Shown piece by piece: positions 59,842 to 64,000 of a DNA stretch of 64,000 bases. Each line of letters starts with the position of its first letter. The first letter of the stretch is position 1. The DNA is from Alphaproteobacteria bacterium (lineage in GTDB: Bacteria; Pseudomonadota; Alphaproteobacteria; Bin95), in assembly GCA_963665325.3 (NCBI GenBank), contig CAXXWS020000002.1, forward strand, positions 1,216,001-1,280,000, read 5' to 3'. The position numbers and the translations under genes are program-made. Below the pieces are notes generated by a model. It was given only the letters and a program-made list of their open reading frames with translations, made no database searches and had not been told where the DNA came from.

Positions 59842-61167
59842 TTATGCGGTTCCGGGCGGCGGCTCCGGCGCCTCCGGGACATCGCTGAGATAGCGTTCGT
59901 CGGCCAGTGCCGGGTGGCGGCGGCGCTCCATCAGGCGGATCGCCACATGCATCCAGACCGTGCTGACCAGAACGATCGCGAACAGCAGCATGAAGGAACT
60001 GGTCCAGACGCCGAACCAGTCGTTCAGGATTCCGAAACTGATCGGCAGAATGAACCCGCCGAGCCCCCCGATCATGCCGACCAGCCCGCCGACCGACCCG
60101 ACATGGTGGGGGTAGTAGACGGGAATATGCTTGTAGACGGCGGCCTTGCCGAGCGACATCACGAAACCCAGCACAACGCTGAGGATGACGAAGGCCGGCA
60201 GACCGATCCCGAAGGTGAACTGAATTGGCCCGGTAATGCCGTCGACCGTGTATTGCGTGCGCGGGTAGCTCATGGCGAACAGGCAGACCAGCGACACGAT
60301 GAACGTCAGATACATGACGAAGCGTGCGCCCCATTTGTCCGACATCCAACCGCCGAGCGCACGGAAAATAGAACCGGGCATGGAATAGGCGGCCGCCAGC
60401 ATGCCGGCGGTCGCAAGCGACAGGTCGTAAGCGCCGACGTAGAAGCGCGGCAGATATGAAGCGAGCGCCACGAACCCGCCGAACACGAAGAAATAGTAGG
60501 TGGCGAACCGCCAGACCTGCATGTTCTTCAACGGCGCAAGCTGTTCCCTGGTCGACACCGGCCGGTGTCCCTCGCGCTTGCGTGCCACCTGCGCCGGGTC
60601 CGGCTTGGCCAGGAAATAGAATCCGACCGCCGTCAGCGCCAGCACCACCGCGTAGATCTGCGCGGTCTGCTGCCAGCCGAAAGCCAGCACCAGGAACGGT
60701 GCACCGAAATTGGTAACCGCCGCGCCGACATTGCCGACACCGAAGATGCCGAGCGCCGTGCCCTGGTGCTCCTTGTCGAACCACTGCGAGGTGTAGGCGA
60801 TGCCGACGATGAACGACCCGCCGGCCAGCCCGACGCCGAGGGCGGCGATCAGGAAGACCTCATAGGTCTGCACCGAGGACAACAACCAGCAGGCGACCGC
60901 CGTTGCCAGCATTTGCACGGGAAATACGAGGCGGCCGCCATACTGTTCGGTCCATACGCCAAGAAAGATGCGGCTGACGGACCCGGTAAGGACGGGCGTT
61001 GCGACCAGGATTCCGAATTCTGTCTCGGAGAGCCCGAGATCCTGTTTGATCTTCACGCCGATGATCGAGAAGATCGTCCAGACCGCGAAACATACAGTGA
61101 AAGCAAAGGTGCTTAGACCGAGCGCTGTGTGCCGGTCGCCACGGGTGACTTCTGTCAGGTCGGGCAT
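59842..61167 (-). CDS. narK: Nitrate/nitrite transporter, NarK1-type
   Basis: AFTVCFAVWTIFSIIG, GLAGGSF, GTALGIFG.GN, YFFVFGGFVA, GKAAVYKHIP, GGLGGF. Confidence 0.93.
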   Translation of the reverse strand: MPDLTEVTRGDRHTALGLSTFAFTVCFAVWTIFSIIGVKIKQDLGLSETEFGILVATPVLTGSVSRIFLGVWTEQYGGRLVFPVQMLATAVACWLLSSVQTYEVFLIAALGVGLAGGSFIVGIAYTSQWFDKEHQGTALGIFGVGNVGAAVTNFGAPFLVLAFGWQQTAQIYAVVLALTAVGFYFLAKPDPAQVARKREGHRPVSTREQLAPLKNMQVWRFATYYFFVFGGFVALASYLPRFYVGAYDLSLATAGMLAAAYSMPGSIFRALGGWMSDKWGARFVMYLTFIVSLVCLFAMSYPRTQYTVDGITGPIQFTFGIGLPAFVILSVVLGFVMSLGKAAVYKHIPVYYPHHVGSVGGLVGMIGGLGGFILPISFGILNDWFGVWTSSFMLLFAIVLVSTVWMHVAIRLMERRRHPALADERYLSDVPEAPEPPPGTA

Positions 61168-61243
61168 GAACCGAGGCTCCCGACTTCGGGACGGCTGAAT
61201 TCGTACCTGGCGGCGAACATAACCGGCGGCGCGGATGCATCCA

Positions 61244-61257
61244 ATGACTTAGGTCAA
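61244..61257 (-). promoter_or_regulatory. FNR/Crp-family-like binding site upstream of narK1
   Basis: Minus strand TTGAC-CTAA-GTCAT (consensus TTGAT-N4-ATCAA); -10-like TATGTT at 61216-61221 (minus) gives class II spacing. Confidence 0.6.
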
Positions 61258-61404
61258 GAGGTTCGTCGTTTGAAGATGGGGGGCGCCAATATCCACCCAC
61301 CCGGCCGGCGCCGCTGCACGGGGCATTTCCGCGACTCGGAGCCGCGTTGAATCCGGCGGCGGAAAGAATAGGTTCCCCGCATCCGCCAGACAGTGCGATA
61401 CGCA

Positions 61405-62556
61405 ATGAAACCCTCCGTCCGCCCTGCCAATCCGAACTTCTCCTCCGGGCCGTGCACCAAGCGGCCGGGATGGTCTCCCGCCGTGTTGTCCGGAGCCCTG
61501 GTGGGGCGCTCCCACCGCTCCGCGCCCGGCAAGGAAAAGCTGGCGGAAGTCATAAACGCCAGCCGCCGACTGCTCGGCATGCCCGAGGACTGGCGGCTGG
61601 CGATCGTGCCCGCCTCCGATACCGGCGCCGTGGAGATCGCCCTCTGGTCCCTGCTCGGCGCGCGCGGCGTCGATGTGCTGGCATGGGAGAGCTTCGGCGC
61701 GAGCTGGGCACTGGATGTCCGCACCCATCTCGGTATCGAGGATGTGCGCCTGCTTGAGGCAGAATACGGTGGCCTGCCGGACCTTTCGGAAGCGGACCCC
61801 GACCGCGACCTCGTATTCGTGTGGAACGGCACCACTTCGGGCGTCTGTCTGCCCGACGGCGACTGGATTGCGGAAGACCGGCGCGGCCTCGCGATCTGCG
61901 ATGCGACCTCGGCTGTGTTCGGTATCGACATGCCGTGGTCGAGGCTCGATGTCGTCACCTGGTCGTGGCAGAAGGCCATCGGCGGCGAAGGGGCGCACGG
62001 CATGCTGGCGCTCGGTCCGCGCGCAGTCGAACGGCTTCTGGCCTACACGCCGCCCCACCCGTTGCCCAAGGTTTTCCGTTTGGTGCGCAACGGCGCGCTG
62101 ATCGAAGGCGTCTTTCGCGGCGAGACGCTGAACACGCCGTCCATGCTGTGCGTCGAGGACGCGCTCGATGCGCTGGCATGGGTGGAAAGCGTCGGCGGAG
62201 TCGCCGGGACTGTCGCCCGGACGCAGACCAACGCCGCCATCATCGGCGAATGGGTGGCCCGGACGGGCTGGATCGGCTTCCTCGGGCGCGACCCGGCGGC
62301 GCGCTCGCCGACCTCGGTTTGCCTCGCGATTGCCGATCCCCGGGTGGCCGGCCTATCGGAGGACCGGCGGAGGGCCTTCGTGCAGGAGTTCGCGGCGCGT
62401 CTCGACGCCGAAGACGCCGGCCGTGACATCGCCAACCACCGCGACGCCCCGCCGAGTCTGCGCATCTGGGCCGGCCCGACGGTCGAACGCACCGACCTGG
62501 AGGCGCTCATGCCCTGGCTCGACTGGGCCTTCGAGGCCGAGGTCGCGAGGCTCTGA
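61405..62556 (+). CDS. serC: Phosphoserine aminotransferase
   Basis: PANPNFSSGPC.KRPGW, GRSHRS, PASDTGA, WESFG, WNGTTSGV, DATSA, SWQK, NTPSML, LRIWAG. Confidence 0.95.
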   Translation: MKPSVRPANPNFSSGPCTKRPGWSPAVLSGALVGRSHRSAPGKEKLAEVINASRRLLGMPEDWRLAIVPASDTGAVEIALWSLLGARGVDVLAWESFGASWALDVRTHLGIEDVRLLEAEYGGLPDLSEADPDRDLVFVWNGTTSGVCLPDGDWIAEDRRGLAICDATSAVFGIDMPWSRLDVVTWSWQKAIGGEGAHGMLALGPRAVERLLAYTPPHPLPKVFRLVRNGALIEGVFRGETLNTPSMLCVEDALDALAWVESVGGVAGTVARTQTNAAIIGEWVARTGWIGFLGRDPAARSPTSVCLAIADPRVAGLSEDRRRAFVQEFAARLDAEDAGRDIANHRDAPPSLRIWAGPTVERTDLEALMPWLDWAFEAEVARL

Positions 62557-62564
62557 GCGCGCCG

Positions 62565-64000
62565 ATGAAGAAGGTGCTGATCGCCGACCGGCTGAGCGCG
62601 CGCGCCGGCGAGATCCTGAGCGCGGCCGGCCTGGAAGTGGTCGTGGCGCCCGGCCTTTCCCCCGAAATGCTGTCGGGGCGGCTGGCGGGCGTCCACGGCC
62701 TCGCGGTGCGCTCGGCGACGCAGGTTACGGCGGGCCTGCTCGATTGCGCGCCCGATCTTGAGGTGGTCGGCCGCGCCGGCATCGGCGTGGACAATATCGA
62801 CATCGCGGCGGCGACAGAGCGCGGCGTGGTCGTGATGAACACGCCTTACGGCAATACAGTCACCACGGCCGAGCATGCGCTCGCGCTCCTGTTCGCGCTC
62901 GCGCGCCAGATACCGGCGGCGGACCGCTCCACGCAGGCCGGCAAGTGGGAGAAGTCCCGCTTCATGGGCAGCGAGATTGCAGGCAAGACGCTCGGTGTCG
63001 TCGGCTGCGGCAATGTTGGCGCCGTGGTTTGTGCCCGCGCCCGCGGACTGGCGATGCGGGTGCTGGTGTTCGACCCCTTCGTATCGGAAAGCCGGGCGCG
63101 CGACCTGGGCGCCGCCAAGGTGGAATTCGAAACCCTGCTTGCCGAATCCGATTTCGTCACCCTGCATACCCCGCTTACAGACCGGACGCGCGGCATGATC
63201 GATGCGGACGCGATCGGCCGGATGAAGCCCGGGGTGCGCATCGTCAATTGCGCCCGCGGCGGCCTCGTCGTCGAGGCGGACCTCTGCGCCGCACTCGACA
63301 GCGGCCATGTGGCCGGCGCGGCATTCGATGTCTTCGAAATCGAGCCGGCCGAGGAGAGCGACCTGTTCGGCCGCGAGAACGTGGTGGCGACCCCCCATGT
63401 CGGGGCGTCCACGGCGGAAGCGCAGGAAAATGTGGCGGTCGAGGTAGCGGAGCAGATGGCCGCCTTCCTCAATACGGGCGCGGTCGTGAACGCCCTCAAC
63501 GCGCCGTCCGTGACCGCCGAGGAGGCGCCGAGGCTCAAGCCCTATATGGGCCTTGCCGATGCGCTGGGACGCTTCGTCGGGCAGATTTGCGACGATGCGA
63601 TCACCGGTATCGACATCGCCTGGCGCGGCGACTTGGCGCGACTGAACACCCGCCCGCTCTCCGGCCTGGTGCTACAGGGCGTGCTGTCGAGCCAGCTCGA
63701 CTCGGTCAATATGGTGAACGCGCCGTTCGTCGCCCGCGAGCGGGGCATCGAGGTCCGCGAAAGCTCGACCGGGGAGGCGGACGGCTACCGGGCCCTGATC
63801 GAGGTCCGGGCGGCCATGGGCGAGCGCAGCCGCACCGTTGCCGGCACGCTCTTCGGAGACCGGCTGCGGCTCGTGCGGGTGCAGGACATCCATTTCGAGG
63901 CGGCATTCGGGCCGATCATGCTCTTCCTCAGGAACCACGACCGGCCGGGCGTCATCGGCAAGATCGGCACTATCCTGGGCGAGGAGGGCGTCAACATCGC
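62565..64000 (+). CDS. serA: D-3-phosphoglycerate dehydrogenase (runs off window end)
   Basis: Manual translation from ATG 62565: MKKVLIAD, VRSATQV, GRAGIGVDNID, MNTPYGN, GCGNVG, NCARGG, TPHVGAST.EAQ, ACT-like NHDRPGVIG; not in the ORF track because there is no stop. Confidence 0.95.
   Translation, partial: MKKVLIADRLSARAGEILSAAGLEVVVAPGLSPEMLSGRLAGVHGLAVRSATQVTAGLLDCAPDLEVVGRAGIGVDNIDIAAATERGVVVMNTPYGNTVTTAEHALALLFALARQIPAADRSTQAGKWEKSRFMGSEIAGKTLGVVGCGNVGAVVCARARGLAMRVLVFDPFVSESRARDLGAAKVEFETLLAESDFVTLHTPLTDRTRGMIDADAIGRMKPGVRIVNCARGGLVVEADLCAALDSGHVAGAAFDVFEIEPAEESDLFGRENVVATPHVGASTAEAQENVAVEVAEQMAAFLNTGAVVNALNAPSVTAEEAPRLKPYMGLADALGRFVGQICDDAITGIDIAWRGDLARLNTRPLSGLVLQGVLSSQLDSVNMVNAPFVARERGIEVRESSTGEADGYRALIEVRAAMGERSRTVAGTLFGDRLRLVRVQDIHFEAAFGPIMLFLRNHDRPGVIGKIGTILGEEGVNI

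Noticed and set aside
58166-60784. 872-aa and similar long same-strand alternate-frame ORFs, and long N-terminal extensions in the ORF track (e.g. 717, 36785, 24477, 53884)
   Set aside because: Arg/Gly/Pro-rich stop-poor frames overlapping real genes; starts were trimmed to RBS- or motif-supported codons.

Overview
GC-rich bacterial chromosomal segment, most likely alphaproteobacterial (inferred from the serC type, a TIGR02444-like gene and ppiD-trpE linkage). About 54 genes are supported. These comprise housekeeping genes (ald, RluA-family, gluQ, parE, trpE, ppiD, serC, partial serA), many catabolic/redox enzymes (three TauD-family dioxygenases, SDRs, CoA-transferase, thiolase-like + DUF35, Mo-hydroxylase large subunit, amidase, amidohydrolase, Rieske fusion), a complete respiratory nitrate reductase cluster (narK1-narK2-narGHJI-PPIase) with an FNR-like box, a BrnTA-like toxin-antitoxin pair, a subtilase lipoprotein and a beta-barrel OMP. 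Three signals are missed by the ORF track. (1) A split ORF at 25050-25574 is very likely one UGA-recoded UGSC-type selenoprotein with a clear SECIS-like hairpin, next to an uncharacterised partner ending in CxxC. (2) A ~400-570 bp non-coding element occurs twice in inverted orientation (27176-27742 and 42836-43230), carrying its own promoter-like sequence, hairpins and 10-bp-phased CATGAC arrays. (3) An AT-rich segment bounded by perfect 11-bp inverted repeats lies upstream of the OMP gene and is a candidate invertible promoter. No rRNA, tRNA, CRISPR array or transposase was recognised. All assignments come from reading motifs by eye; no database searches were run.
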